From Girardia tigrina (lineage: Eukaryota): a stretch of DNA of 64,000 nt. Of the stretch, positions 12,478 to 26,647 are shown piece by piece. The stretch covers positions 1 to 64,000 of the forward strand of contig MQRK01197175.1 in NCBI GenBank assembly GCA_001938485.1. The letters run 5' to 3'. Made by a program: the position numbers and the translations under genes. The notes beneath the pieces are model-generated. The model was not told where the DNA came from. It made no database searches and saw nothing but the letters and a program-made list of their open reading frames with translations. Each line of letters starts with the position of its first letter. Position 1 is the stretch's first letter.

Positions 12478-12922
12478 ATTTAATAATTTATCTGAAATAA
12501 ATTCATTTTACGGTGGCTTTTGATTAGTAATATCCAGTTAATCATAAAGTATTACACAATAATTTATTGTATTATGTCAAGTCATAAGTAATGTCGTTTT
12601 TCATTGTTGATTTGTAATTAACTACTCGCTCTGTCCGAAAATAAGAGTCTCATTTCAATCAAAAAATTGTCTTTTTGTTCTTGGAATTATTATATTTTTC
12701 GTAGAATTCTCCACATAGAATTTTTTCACGATACTTTGTTATTTTTGGTTAACTAGTCATTTAAATCAGTAAACAACATTTTTCATCAACAACTACTAAA
12801 ATATAAAATCAATTACTCATATTATTCATTAATTTATTTCTGAACCCATTTCATGTTCTACTATTTACATTTGTTCCAGATTTATAAGAAAAAATATCTT
12901 TTTATATTAAAAAATGAAATTA

Positions 12923-14755
12923 CCGTATATTACAGCGTATAATGCGAAAAATTTATACCACTTTTGTCCTCATGAAAACATAGGGTCGCATTATACGTGA
13001 GTAATAAATTCTGAGTAAGTTATCTGAATCATTTATTATTAATGAGTAATGATTACTACAAATGATGATTAATGATTACTAAATCGATAATAAATTATTT
13101 ATTTAGATAATTTAATGCGTAATAAATTATTTAATGCGAATATTAATACAAAGAAATCTAAATATTACCTTGTTTATCTGCTATCTTATTTCAAACGTTT
13201 CAAACTGCCATTATAATTATAGAAAATAATCTTGGGAAATAAAATAGTTTTTACCTTTTAATTTAAGCATGAGTCAGAAAAGAAAGCGTATGTCGTATTA
13301 AGTTGGATTCAAGTTGCGTGTAGTCAAGTTTGCAGAAGAACGTAATAATGGCGCTGCAATGAGGGAATTTGGAATTTGTGAAAGCAAAATTCGTGCGTGG
13401 TGTAGAAAGAGAGTTTGGAAAAGATGCCGAAAACAAAGCGTTCTAGGCGAGGAGATATAGCCTCATTTCCTGAATTAAAACATGACTTGAATGAGTGGGT
13501 AGTTATGCAGAGACAAGAAGGCTACATTGTGACAAGAAATGCAATTCGTTTTTGTGCTCTTCAGTTGAAAAAAATGCAATTCAAAGGAACTGCTGGTACT
13601 GACACTTTTCTTGCTTCATCAGGATGGTGCAATAGATTTATTGAACGGTATGGCCTGACACTGACAGCGCACAAAAATTTCACAGAAGCTGCCAAAGCAA
13701 TTAGAAGAAAAGGTGGATTCCTTCCATAAATTTGTAATAACTATGCGAAAACACTATGGATATGAGTTATCGTAAATAGGGAATATGGAAGTGACACCAA
13801 TATATTTCGATATGCCGGGAAACAGAACTGTTAATGCCATCGGTGACAAAAGTGTTTCAGTTAAAACACAGGTCATGAGAAAACTCATTTTACAGTTCTT
13901 TTAGTGTGCATGGCCTATGGAATGAAACTAAAACCAACAATTATTTTTAAGAGGAAGTCAATCCCAAAAATGTCAAGTTTCCGTTAGGGATTATTGTCCG
14001 CGCTCATCCAAAAGGCTGGATGAACGAAGAAGGTGTCAAACTTTGGCTGCAAACTGTTTGGAATGGCCGTGCAAGTGCTTTGATTCAGAAAAAGTTGTTA
14101 TTAGTATGGGATATGTTTCGGGTCCATCTGAGTGACAGTTGCAAGAAAACTGCACGTGAAATGAAAACCGATCTTGCGGTTATCCCAGGCGGTCTGACAT
14201 CGGTACTGCAGTCATTGGACGTTTGCATTATTAAACCATTCAAAGACCGGCTTCACGCCAAATGGACGGACTGGATGTCGTCTAGAGCTCCAACTTTAAC
14301 CAAACACGGAAATTTACAGAGGCTGAACATTGCCCGTATTACAACTTGGGTGAAAGAAGCATGGGAGTCCATTCCGTCGGACATAGTAAATAATTCATTT
14401 TTGAAATGTGGTATCAGCAATGCTTTAGATAGGACTGAAGATGATGCCATTTATGAAAGTGGCAATGAAGAACAGGAAGAAGTGGACGATGATGATGATG
14501 GTGGATATATAGGTGATGATTTGGCAACAGATGAATTTTTGGCCGAAATGTTCGGAGAGAGTGACGATGAAGAATTTAATCAATAAATGATTTGTTTTTT
14601 GGATGATTTATTTTTTTATGTTAAGACTGTTTTTACGGTTTGAAGGTTTGAAAGGGCTTAAAAAATATAATGATCACATTAAACATGGACACTAGGTTTC
14701 TGTGGGATATCCTTGTCAAAATTATAGGGGTCGCATTATACGCGGTAAAATACGG
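12923..14755 (+). mobile_element. pogo/Tigger-like transposon, full length, disrupted transposase
   Basis: TA-flanked TIRs CCGTATATTACAGCGTATAATGCG / CGCATTATACGCGGTAAAATACGG; CENP-B HTH (FLASSGWCNRF) and DDE region (LLVWDMFRVH, IPGGLTSVLQSLDV), acidic tail. Confidence 0.93.
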
Positions 14756-15089
14756 TAATTAAGGAAATTAATAAATTAAAAATTAAGGAAATTAATATAT
14801 ATATATATATATATATNNNNNNNNNNNNNNNNNNNNNNNNNNNNNNNNNNNNNNNNNNNNNNNNNNNNNNNNNNNNNNNNNNNNNNNNNNNNNNNNNNNN
14901 NNNNNNNTATATATATATATATATATAGTTTTTTGTAAAGAAACTTTTTGTAAAAAAATCTGAGCTGGAAAAATACAGAAAAGAAAGAGTTTCGTTTTTT
15001 TAATAATTGTCTGTAAATCGAGTTAATTTTTCAATGATGAATAAAATGTTGAATCAATAAAAATTTGAATATTGTGTTTTTATCTTCGT

Positions 15090-15850
15090 GATTATGAATA
15101 TTTTCGTTAATGAATTCACAGATACCAAAAAATCGATCGGGATTATTTTTCATAGTGACATAAAATCCAGTCATTGTGAAATGAAAGTACCATTGGATCT
15201 CACGTTAATTTCGAGTTTGGAATTAAGGAATTTGTTCGAAATAAGAATAAAGAAACGAATTTTATTATTCATATTCGAAAAAATCGATTTTATCGAAAGA
15301 AATACATAAAATACGCTACTAATGTCGATTATTCCTTGGGACTGATGTCGAGGAGATCAAAAATAAAATGATCGTGACTCCATTTAGGAGAAAAAAGAAC
15401 TAATTTCCGAGCAGGATGTGTTACTGATGAAATTTGTCTCTCAAATCCCATTTGATTGTCTCAATGTTCAAACTTTGGCCGCATTAATTTTATTGAACAA
15501 AATGCTGAGTCATACGGAACACAATGAGCAGTTGTGGTTGGAAGCCCCGGAGGAGCGTTGTAGATTGTTGTTTGATATCTTATCCGATTCGACACTGGCT
15601 TTTCCGCGGGACATTTGTTGAATGAGATCAGTTCAAAACGAAAGGACGTATTGAAAGCGGTGTTGAATTTTATTATGACTGTGTCCGAGCTTCTCTGAAA
15701 AGACAAAAACATTTTAAAAATGTTTTTGGTAATTATCTTCATCCGCTCGCCGTACAAGTGTTGACTTTTTTACGAGAAACTCAAGTCGATGAATTGAATG
15801 ACGTCTATCCCAAGTGTCTTCAGATGAGGTGATTCCAATCATTCGATCCA
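15090..15850 (+). pseudogene. Disrupted, intronless coding fragment of an unidentified gene
   Basis: Raised GC/CpG and protein-like frames (EQDVLLMKFVSQIPFDCLNVQTLAALILLNKML...EERCRLLFDILSDSTLAF) broken by stops and frameshifts; no family recognised. Confidence 0.4.
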
Positions 15851-15949
15851 CAACAGATTTAATATTATCATTTAAAAATAAACATTAAAAAATAAATTTT
15901 GAGCTTTAATCAATTAAATAATAAACATAACAAATAACAATATATTAAA

Positions 15950-16745
15950 TGACAACTAAAGACTTGACAAATATGCGATTGCGCGAAAGTAATTAAATCT
16001 TTCACTTAAAGAATATCGGGTAACTGTTTCAATATTTTTTTCTTCAAATTTCGATATCTTTAGGTACGGTTGACTAAAGACCAGAGATCGCATGATAATA
16101 ACTTGTACTTTGCATTGGTATTCTTTCTCAAAACTTTGTAAAATTTTCCAAATTTTTCGATGGTGACATTGAAACAAAGCTTTGAAACCATAATGTCATT
16201 CTTCAATACTATTAGTTGTTCTAGCTAAACTTAAGAAGGGGTTACAAAATGATTCCATGACTCTATTGGAAAAATAGATGGTCCATCAGTCTCAACTCGG
16301 CCGGGTTTTCTTTCTCTTATATATGTATGTTCGAAATATGATAACAATTCTGGTATTTTTTGATGCAATGGTATATAATCAGCCAATTCTAAAAACCCTT
16401 CTTCAACGTCCTTTCGTGGAACTAAAGCTAATACAGCCAAACTTCTAATTAAAATACAAAGAGTATAATCAACTTCATAATCACTCTTCAATTCTTGTAC
16501 TTTCCTCTGCATATTCTTGGTCAAATAGAAATAACAACCTCCGATAGTTAATTTTAAAAACTTTTGTAATTCAATATTAATTTCAACTAATAATCAAAAG
16601 TTAAAATAAAAAATAATTATTTTTATTTTAATTTAATTTTTATTTAATTTTTTTTAAATATTTTGGTATTAAATGTCACTGTATTAAATTTCACGGTATT
16701 AACTGTCGCATGATTTAAGTATTGGCGATTAAGTGTCCGTATATG
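15950..16745 (-). mobile_element. MULE transposon remnant
   Basis: GCYFYLTKNMQRKVQ...LALVP...YFEHTYI...FPIESWNHF...RTTNSIE motifs; short tandem subterminal repeats at 16665-16740. Confidence 0.82.
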
Positions 16746-16747
16746 AT

Positions 16748-17461
16748 CAGTGGAGGATTTAGATTTTGGTGCGCGGGGGGGGACGAGAAAACTTTCAGGG
16801 GACGCCAAAAAGGATAAAGGTAGTACTAGCCCTACTAATTTTAATATTGAGTAAATACTATAATATACACGATTTGTACGCTCTCCGCTATCTTGTTCCA
16901 GCGGTAAGCAGCACCAAAAAATAAATAACTATTAAAATTAATGAAGTTTTTTTGACCCGTCATTATTACCGACTTTTAATAATATTTGGGTTTACTCCGG
17001 CCGGATATATTTAATTTTAATAAATGGCTGTAGTGCAGAGTGGTAACTGGAGAGTATTAACCCCCGTTGAACTTTATAGACAGACAAAACTTGTACAAGC
17101 AGCAAGTGGAAAGTGAAATCTTAAGTCTCAGTAGTATTCTCCACTGCCCAAAAATATTATGCCTGCTAGCCTACTAAATCATCTATGTCTAACAACACGA
17201 CATGGTAATATTCCAAATAGCAAAGCATCAGCAGCCATATGTTGCAATGTACACGTTAATAATACATACCAAAGCAATCCATTTAGTTCTTCTGCATCAC
17301 AGACCTTGTGTCAGTGTTAAGGATGAAACTTAATCATAATGCAGCTAATTCTTGTACACAAAACTACACATTTATAAAAGTCATCTTAGGGACGCCATTT
17401 AGAATCCAACAGAGGCGTGGGGGCTGTCTGCCCCCCAGTCCTATAGCTAAATCCGCCACTG
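16748..17461. mobile_element. Non-autonomous hAT element
   Basis: TIRs CAGTGGAGGATTTAG / CTAAATCCGCCACTG with a perfect 8-bp TSD, TATATGAT. Confidence 0.9.
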
Positions 17462-17662
17462 TATATGATATTAATCAACCAACCAGAGCGAGCCAATCGA
17501 CACAATTATTTTTAAAATCGATTTTTTAGTCGGTACACACAGCGGCTCAACTGATCAATCCTCAAATCAAGACAAAAATAAAATCAAATGCTGTAAAGTT
17601 AAAATTTGTAATTTGAACAAAAATCGCATTAAAAACCTTTTTGATGATGTTTTTATAAAAAG

Positions 17663-20600
17663 TAACGTCTGGGCAATTTTTTAAGTCAATTAAGTCAAAA
17701 TTTTGCACGATAAAAACTCAAATTTTTGCCTGATAAGTAAAAAAAGTCAAAATTATGAAAAACCAAATTAATTAGATATTAATTTTTAATTTTTAATTAC
17801 TAATTATAAATTTAAAGGTAAATTTTAATATTTTAAATAAATATTAAAATACTTAAATACTTTTGTTTAAATAATAATTTTATTTTTAAATATTGTGGCC
17901 AAAACGCAATTGTTACCGACTTACTACGTATTATTAAAAATTTATTCCCCTTATCATCCTACGTAATTTTAATTTTTAGTTTTCTTTAATGCCAAAAGCT
18001 AAAAATGGTTTGAAAGAAAAGGCAAAGGCCGCTGTTTTGAAGTCCAAATAATTTTACAGTTATTGGACAAGATAAATTATTATACCAACTTTGGAAATTT
18101 TGAAGTTTGCTGTCCAAAACAATTTTTGATTGATTCACATCAAAAGTCAATGAAACATCTCCACTTGGCTTGAGAGCTTGTTGTTCAACCAAAAATCACA
18201 GTAGTGAATGGGAACCAGCAATTTGCTTTGCAAACTACTGAAGCATTTTTGAGTGCGAGCATTCCACTGCACAAATTAAGAAATGAAATAAATGTCTAGC
18301 TTTTTAAGTCAATGAACCATGCATTCCCTTCTGAAACGGATTGCAGAGATCCGATTGATTTCTGTTAGAAAAAATGATTCAGGAAACCAAATCGATGCTA
18401 CAAGGAGAAAGCATTTATCTTGTTTTTGATAAATCCAGCATCAAAGATATGAATATTGGTCACACTCATGTTGAATTGCTTAAAATTCCTGAGTTAACTT
18501 TCCTTATACAATCAACTGTGTTCCATAAATCTCTGACTACTGCTTATGTTTCCATTGAAATTTACCAAATTATCAGACTTTGCTAATGATAGAGAAAATT
18601 TTTATCTTTTGCTTAGAGATACTGCATGATATATGGTTTCTGCTGGAAATTCATTAAAAATATTATATCCAAAGCTTTTACAAGGGTTTTACACCTTATG
18701 CACCTTGCTGCAGAAATGGTTTGCAAATTCTTTAATGGTCTTGACAATTTAATTTCTTCAGTCAAAGCAGTAATAACCAAAAATCGCGAGAAAAGAAAGC
18801 TTTTTTAAATAGGAATTCCACTAGCACCAGTTATGTCCCCCTGTGGCTCATGGATTGATACAGCTTTCTATTATGCGGAGAAATTGGCAACTGTCAAAGA
18901 AATTTTTGAAAGCAAAAAAAGGAACTTGAATTTTCTAACCTTGCAAAACCTTTTGCGACGATAACTTCTCAGTACAAATCTCTGTCAACTTTGGTAATCG
19001 AAATAGAAGAAGAAGTTTTCAATTGCAAAGGCACTGGATAAAATCGAAAGTATTGATTTTAAGAGAGATTCATTCAATGTTGATCAATATATTATAAATA
19101 TAAATGCTAAATTCAGAATGAATGACATTCAAGCAATCAGAGAAATGAAAAATGATAATTTATCACCAGTGGTGTATGAAAGGTTACTTAATTGTCCACC
19201 AACATCATCCACGATAGAGTGAAGTTTATCGATGCTCAATTCAATTCTGAAAGAAAATCGAAATTTTCTTCATTCAAATATTAGGGTGAGTCATAAGTTG
19301 TGGGGCACTCTTTCCAAAGTAATTATCTTTAATTACAACATGAATTGTCGAATCGATATTAATTGAATTTGTATATCGTAATAAAGCTCATANNNNNNNN
19401 NNNNNNNNNNNNNNNNNNNNNNNNNNNNNNNNNNNNNNNNNNNNNNNNNNNNNNNNNNNNNNNNNNNNNNNNNNNNNNNNNNNNNNNNNNNNNNNNNNNN
19501 NNNNNNNNNNNNNNNNNNNNNNNNNNNNNNNNNNNNNNNNNNNNNNNNNNNNNNNNNNNNNNNNNNNNNNNNNNNNNNNNNNNNNNNNNNNNNNNNNNNN
19601 NNNNNNNNNNNNNNNNNNNNNNNNNNNNNNNNNNNNNNNNNNNNNNNNNNNNNNNNNNNNNNNNNNNNNNNNNNNNNNNNNNNNNNNNNNNNNNNNNNNN
19701 NNNNNNNNNNNNNNNNNNNNNNNNNNNNNNNNNNNNNNNNNNNNNNNNNNNNNNNNNNNNNNNNNNNNNNNNNNNNNNNNNNNNNNNNNNNNNNNNNNNN
19801 NNNNNNNNNNNNNNNNNNNNNNNNNNNNNNNNNNNNNNNNNNNNNNNNNNNNNNNNNNNNNNNNNNNNNNNNNNNNNNNNNNNNNNNNNNNNNNNNNNNN
19901 NNNNNNNNNNNNNNNNNNNNNNNNNNNNNNNNNNNNNNNNNNNNNNNNNNNNNNNNNNNNNNNNNNNNNNNNNNNNNNNNNNNNNNNNNNNNNNNNNNNN
20001 NNNNNNNNNNNNNNNNNNNNNNNNNNNNNNNNNNNNNNNNNNNNNNNNNNNNNNNNNNNNNNNNNNNNNNNNNNNNNNNNNNNNNNNNNNNNNNNNNNNN
20101 NNNNNNNNNNNNNNNNNNNNNNNNNNNNNNNNNNNNNNNNNNNNNNNNNNNNNNNNNNNNNNNNNNNNNNNNNNNNNNNNNNNNNNNNNNNNNNNNNNNN
20201 NNNNNNNNNNNNNNNNNNNNNNNNNNNNNNNNNNNNNNNNNNNNNNNNNNNNNNNNNNNNNNNNNNNNNNNNNNNNNNNNNNNNNNNNNNNNNNNNNNNN
20301 NNNNNNNNNNNNNCCTACAGTCCTGATTTAGCGCCTTCGGATTTTCATCTTTTCCGAGCTATGTCGCATTTTTTGAAGGGAAGGAGCTTTTCCGATATCG
20401 ACGACGTCGATAATGGGTGTCGAAAATTTTTTGCTTCTAAAGACAAAACATGGTATCGACGCGGAATAGAACAACTTGCAGAACGTTGGGTACAATCTAT
20501 TGAACATAATGGACTTTATTTCGAATCATAATCTTTATTGTGCGTTGTTTTATGAACATTTTAATTTTTAATAAAAAGTGCCCCACAACTTATGACTCAC

Positions 20601-20930
20601 CCTAATATTGAGAAATACATGTGGCCACAATACAACTATTTTATGCTATAAACTGTTCACTATTCTTTGTTATGTAAGTTTAATTAAAAAATTAGGTTAT
20701 TTTATAATTTTATTAATATCGTTTCATTATTAATAATAATTTATTATTTATCGTTTTTAAATATTCGTAAATGAAGATAATTTAAAGAAAAAAAAATCAA
20801 AAATTGACTTTTCTAAATTATTAAAGTTAATTATAAAGGTAAAATTAAAAAAAATTATAGTATAATTTTTTTATATTTTTTAAGTCAAAATTTTTAGTTG
20901 ATTTTAGTTATCATATAATAAATATTATCC
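17663..20930 (+). mobile_element. Degenerate hAT-superfamily transposon interrupted by a mariner
   Basis: FLSASIPLHKLRN, DTA*YMVSAG, HLMHLAAE, PVMSPCGSWI and CPPTSSTIE*SLSML motifs; the frame resumes after the mariner (EKYMWPQYN); TAAGTCAA subterminal repeats at both ends. Boundaries approximate. Confidence 0.72.
19281..20605 (+). mobile_element. mariner transposon, mostly assembly gap
   Basis: Perfect TIRs TTAGGGTGAGTCATAAGTTGTGGGGCACT flanked by TA; C-terminus YSPDLAPSDFHLF...ERWVQSIEHNGLYFES*. Confidence 0.93.
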
Positions 20931-21345
20931 GTAAAAAATAAAATTAAAAAATCTTAAAAAATAAAACATTTTATTATTTAGTTTATCATAGTTACTAAAC
21001 TATTTGTTTTTTGTTATTATGATAAAATGATTTATGAGTTATCTTTTTATTTTATAAGATATTTGCTTTATTATTTGGAAATTAGATTACAAAGACTAAT
21101 TGTTTGTTGCTGAGTTAGTTCATTATATGTGGGAGTTGCTTGAAGCATCACAATATCAGTATTATTAAAATAGACTGTTAAAATCCTTTCTACGACTTTA
21201 ATATTAGAAATAAATACAAATAATTAAATTATTAAATATTTTAATGCTCACTATTATTAGTTTTTTTGCTCTAAAAGTACATGCTTCAATAATTATTATT
21301 ACAATATAAATAATAGTAAAAATCAATTATACTAATTATATAAGA

Positions 21346-21429
21346 TCAAACTTGTTCAATATGAACACTAGGGTATCAATATTTTCTTAAAAAAATGGGT
21401 ACACTAAAATTCATATTGAACAGGTTTGA
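21346..21429. repeat. Short inverted repeat / MITE remnant
   Basis: TCAAACTTGTTCAATATGAA ... TTCATATTGAACAGGTTTGA. Confidence 0.6.
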
Positions 21430-21789
21430 CTTTAATAGAAGAATTCGAATAACAAAATTGAGGCAACTAGTCATCTATTGTTCTGTCACAAACGATCATT
21501 AAAAATACAATTGTAGAAATTGAAATCTTTATTTTAAAGTTGAAGTGTTTCATGAAATTGCCATTTTTAAATTGAAAATCTTTGTTCAAATCCAAAGGCA
21601 CGCATTTAAAGGATAAAATAAGTTACGTGTAAACGACTGTTTTCTGCATCTAGAAATGCAGTCAACAAGAAGTGAGCCTCGTTATCAAAAAATGAGAACC
21701 AACTCGTGTATCTGAACAGCTGGCTAAGACAAAATCTAAAAAATATGATCATAGATCTGTGACTGCAAATTCTAACTGTTGTGACGCAT

Positions 21790-21965
21790 TTCCAGAATGT
21801 ATATCAGATAAGAAAACAAGCACTAGCAAAAGTTTTGATTAAAGGAAGAGTGGAAGGAGAAAGACCAAAAGGAAGACAAAAGAGACAATGGACAGACGTT
21901 TTAAAGGAGTTGAGTGGATTGAACATGGAATGTCTGAGAAAACAGGCTACAAATAGAGAGATGTG
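21790..21965 (+). mobile_element. RTE/BovB-like LINE 3' coding fragment
   Basis: KVLIKGRVEGERPKGRQKRQWTDVLKE...QATNRE matches the GxxEGxRxxGRxxxxW C-terminal motif of these LINEs. Confidence 0.7.
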
Positions 21966-22705
21966 ACGAAGGCTTGTACATAATTAGGTGCACCTACGGC
22001 CCAACGACTAAGGTCATATATATCATACAGTATTATAACTGATCGTTGAGCAAAAGTGCCCGGTTGGAACATAAATAAATTCGCCGCATGCATCGGCCCG
22101 ATGGCATCCTCTGCACCGGCCCTGGTTGCCACAGGGGTTCTTTCACTAGCGGCCTCCCCCGCACCCATCAATTGGGTGAACGTTTCCGCCAAGCCCGACA
22201 CTTCTGCTCAACCCGACCTTAATAGCTCATCATCGGAGTCTGGGTCGTACTCCCATGATAAGTTATCTACATCCTTTGATAAATCCCCAATCCTCCTCCT
22301 ATATAGATTGGGGACCAACTCATCATCGGATGGATCATCTTCTTCTTGATCCTCAATCTTATAAGTTCCCCCCGGTTGCACTCCTACTCTGTAATTGTAC
22401 GATTGTATAAGTGCATCTAGGGCGGCCTGATCAAACTCTTCTACCTCCTCAGGAGCGACATGTTCATAATCCGTTTCTTCCATTGCCAACATGCCCTCCT
22501 GAGATTCATCATATTTCTCTATCTCTATCTTACTTATTCTCTGAATCCCGCTTGGAATAATTCCATCTCGGTGATAGACCACTGGGCTGCTGAGTATTTT
22601 ACATTGGACACCAAGCAGCCAATTGCAATTTGTCTTATCACCTTTGGCGGGATCTTCAGAGTTGTTAGAATGTCAGTGCTCCTTTGTGGCCACGTTGTGA
22701 ATAAT
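21966..22705 (-). pseudogene. Foreign-looking disrupted ORF, possible endogenous viral element
   Basis: About 240 codons with one frameshift and one stop (TTWPQRSTDILTTLKIPPKV...EEFDQAALDALIQSYNY...WEYDPDSDDELLRSG*...); much higher GC than the flanks; no recognisable host or TE motif. Confidence 0.35.
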
Positions 22706-23812
22706 AAGTTATTAATAAAAATTGTGTTTTAAAATTTTATGATTAGAATTTTTAATCGTTCGATTAATCGCAATTAAGATTTTTAATCGATGTGTAGCAT
22801 TAATTATAATCTTTTGAGTTTTCACTCATTATTAATTCGATTTGATTTTACAAATCACAAAATTTCTGGAGTTCAAAAGATGTTTCGTCAAAATTGTAAT
22901 TTAAAAACAAAAATCGAAAAGGTTATTTAACGCTTTAAATATTTTGTGAAAGCGACTTATTTCATGTACGGCAATGAATCACCAATAAAGATTATTGAAC
23001 GAATCTCGAGCTCAATGAGCCATTTAAATTTGAATGAAGAACAAAGTGTCACTCAGAATTTCTACATCATTTGTACGTTCAATTTAGGGGGAAAAATAAA
23101 AACGACACGATCATAAAATCCGAAAGCCGGATACTCCTACCCCTTTTGTAATATAAAACTTTATATTGGAAAGCTGTATAATGTTGTAAAAAATACTGTA
23201 TTTTTAACTTTAAAAATTATATTTTATATCGGTATAAAGTAAATATTTTTTTTAATATAAATACATAATTATAATATTAAAAATTGAAAAAAATGTAAAA
23301 TATAATATAAATTTAAATTAGAATAAAACCTAATTTAAATAAATATTTGCATTTATTTATTATATGTGCTTTAAATAGTCTGAATTTATAAATATAAATA
23401 GTATTATTAATTAAAATTAACATAAAAATCTTAATTAAAGAGTTAAATAATGAATATTTTTTTTAATTCAGAAAATTAAAGTGATTTTAATTGCAGTAAT
23501 TATTTAATGAAATGTTTCTGTTTTCAATTACAAAAATTTGTTGAAAAGATAGAAATACCTTCGTTTCTAAACACAAAAATAATGTATTTGCATTAATATA
23601 ACTTCAGGTTTTAATTAAAAGTTAAATGAGACGCAATTTTTAATAATGCATAATAATATTAATTTTTAAATTAATGACATTTTAGTTAAATTTTTAATCG
23701 TTCGATTTAAAAAGATATTCTTACTACTTTTAATTAGATGTAGCAAGGAAGGGAGTCTTAAGAAAGTATAGATAAAATGTGTAACTATAAAATTTATATG
23801 AACAGTAAGATA

Positions 23813-25330
23813 CGTGGTTGACGCATTAATTACCCGGAATGGATAGAAAGCATTAAATATAATTTAGTGAATTTTTTGTGATTGAACTATAATATCTATA
23901 GGTAATGAAAATGCATCTTGTTTTATTGCATCATTGTGTTTACGTGTTCTACAGGCACGGAAACAAAATTTCGCACATTTCGTTATTTTTCCAAATGAAC
24001 CCTGTTGAGTATCGCAGTGTGATTAAATTTCTGGTGCTACAAAGGGTAGACAGCCAGGAAATTATCAAGCAGTTAAGGGATGTTTATGGGATAAATGTAA
24101 AGGATTACTTCTCAATGTAAGAACCATTATTGGCCACGCACTTCTCCCAGCGTACCACTAAGTCCGAAAAGGCATCTTTGAAGAAGTTTGAGTCACATTC
24201 AGCAAAGAAATTAATAACTGGACTTCTCACTTCTTCATCGGATTTTAAGATTTTGCCTCGAATCACCTTCTTTAGGTGCCGGAATAATCAAAAATTACTT
24301 GGCGTCAGGTCAGGAATGTATGGTGGATGAGGGACGAGGTTGAAAGCTGTATCATTAATAGCCGCTGTGAAAAGGGCACTTTTGGGAAATGGTGCGTTGT
24401 CTTGCAACAGCCACAGTGGTGAGCCTCTTGGCTTCCTACGCAGTGATCTGGTCTCAGCAATGAGTGAGACATAGTAGGCGCTATTCAGTTTCACTGTTTT
24501 GTCTGCGAAACCCAGTTTTATGACATCATCACCGTCCCAAAATACAGTCAGCATAAGATATCGCCGATGGTTTGTCCCGAACCTCATTGTCAGTGCTGGT
24601 TTTTCATTTGGAAGGCGCCATTCTGAAGATTCTCTTTTGCTCTCGGGTACATAGAGGTTAGCGATGTCTCATCTACAGTGACAATGTTGGATAGATATCG
24701 TTGTCCATGTTCTTGCCACAAATCCAGATTTCGTTGAGAACACTGCAAACGTGCCTCGCACATCTCTACCGTCAGAAATCGTGGCACAAAGCGAGATGCC
24801 AGCTTCCTTATTACAAGGGATTTCAACACCTCAAGTGCTTTTCCTTCACTGATGTTCAGGCTAGCTCCAAGCGCCTTCACAGTGATTTTTCTCTCTCATT
24901 TGATGATTTCATCGCAAATTTTCTCTAATTTGTCTTGATCGATTTCCACTGATCGTCCTGATCTCTCTTCATCAAAAACAGTTGTCCTTTCACAATTTAA
25001 ATGGGCAATCAAATCATAAATCAAATCTGTCGTTTTAGAGGGAAAATTTATCCCATAAACATCCCTTAACTGCTTGATAATTTCCTGGCTGTCTACCCTT
25101 CGTAGTACAAGAAATTTAATCACACTGCGATACTCAACAGGGTTCATTTGGAAAAATAACGAAATGTGCGAAATTTTGTTTCCGTGCCTGTAGAACACGT
25201 AAACACAATGATGCAATAAAACAAGATGCATTTTCATGACATATAGATATTATAGTTCAATCACAAAAAAAATCACTAAATTATATTTAATGCTTACTAT
25301 CCATTCCGGGTAATCAATGCGTCAACTACG
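23813..25330 (-). mobile_element. mariner element (irritans-like) with a duplicated inverted 5' end
   Basis: TA-flanked TIRs CGTGGTTGACGCATTAATTACCCGGAATGG; transposase on minus strand (FVPRFL, VTVDET, QDNAP, HPPYIPDLTPSNF); 23813-24096 mirrors about 25050-25330. Confidence 0.9.
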
Positions 25331-26600
25331 TATGTATATAAAATAAAAATTGGTTAAATACAGTGTTTGATGAATGATATTTACGTGAACACGGCTTGCG
25401 TATAATGTGTGCTCGGAACCACACATTGTTTTTATACATATTTGTCTGTTTTTAAATAAATTTAGTTACTGTTAAAGTATGTTACATAATTTTTATCTCC
25501 CATTTCATTGGCTTATGATTTTTTAAAGCACTAATTTTTCTTTTGTGCTGCTCTTCCGGACGAATTATTACCGTTAAGTGAAAGTGACTGGATTACTACA
25601 AGCAAGGATAATTTTCGTATTAAAATTAATTCAAATTTAGAGAAAAGGATGAAAAAATCAACAAAGCAGTTGTTTAGACCCCAATATATAAGTAATATTT
25701 ATTAAGTGAAAATACAAGGGTCATACATTCTAACTGAGAGTTGCACAATCAATGCTTTTAAAGCAGGTTATTAAAATAATATATTAAAATCTAACGAGAC
25801 TTATATAGCTAAACATTAGATATTTAAAAGGTTCTGAGATAATCTATGGATTATGATCTAAAGATATACTGGATATACGAGTGTGATCAGTGCTCGAAAT
25901 ACTCCTTTAGAACTAAGGGGGCCGGAAATAACCTTAATTTTCTAATATTGAATAGTAAAAATATATGCAAACAGCCAAATCTTAGAAAGAAGCGTTTTAG
26001 ACCTTATAGTTACCATAAACTGTATAGTTGTTCGGTCGCAAAATTATAAACAATATAAAGAAAATAAAGGTCCTTCGAAATGTTTTATTTCTAATAAAAT
26101 TTTTAAATTTTACTTTTTTAAAAAGATCATATCTGAATGTCAATCCACTGTTCTGACAAATGCATTCCTTGAGCATGCCCGAAAATCGATTTAGCTTCAG
26201 TACAGGTGCGGCATCCTAATTTTCCTAGTCGATACAATAAGAAATTAAATTTTGCCATCCATTTCTCCCATTGCTTCTTGATCCAAACTGCAGGATAATC
26301 GTTGATATTCACACTACGATTATGACCAGTTAAATCAAGGTTTTGGGAGTACGGTGAAATGATTGCAGACGGAGATGAAGAGGACGGCACAGAGGAACTT
26401 AGCAAAATAGTCTCTGGAGTGGCAGATTACGGAAAATTAGGCGGAAATGATTTCTGAAGAAGAGTAGTCAGTTTAGCTTGCTTCAGTCTCTTTTGTGGCG
26501 GCGGAGCATTGTCATTCATTGTGCTACGTTGGCTATAAATAACCAGTGTTGATTGTTACACCTGTTTACAAATTATAAGGGAATTATTAAATAGATTAAA

Positions 26601-26647
<47 letters not shown>

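Noticed and set aside
19363-20331. 322-aa ORF and other X-rich ORFs in the track
   Set aside because: They read through N gaps and are not real coding evidence.
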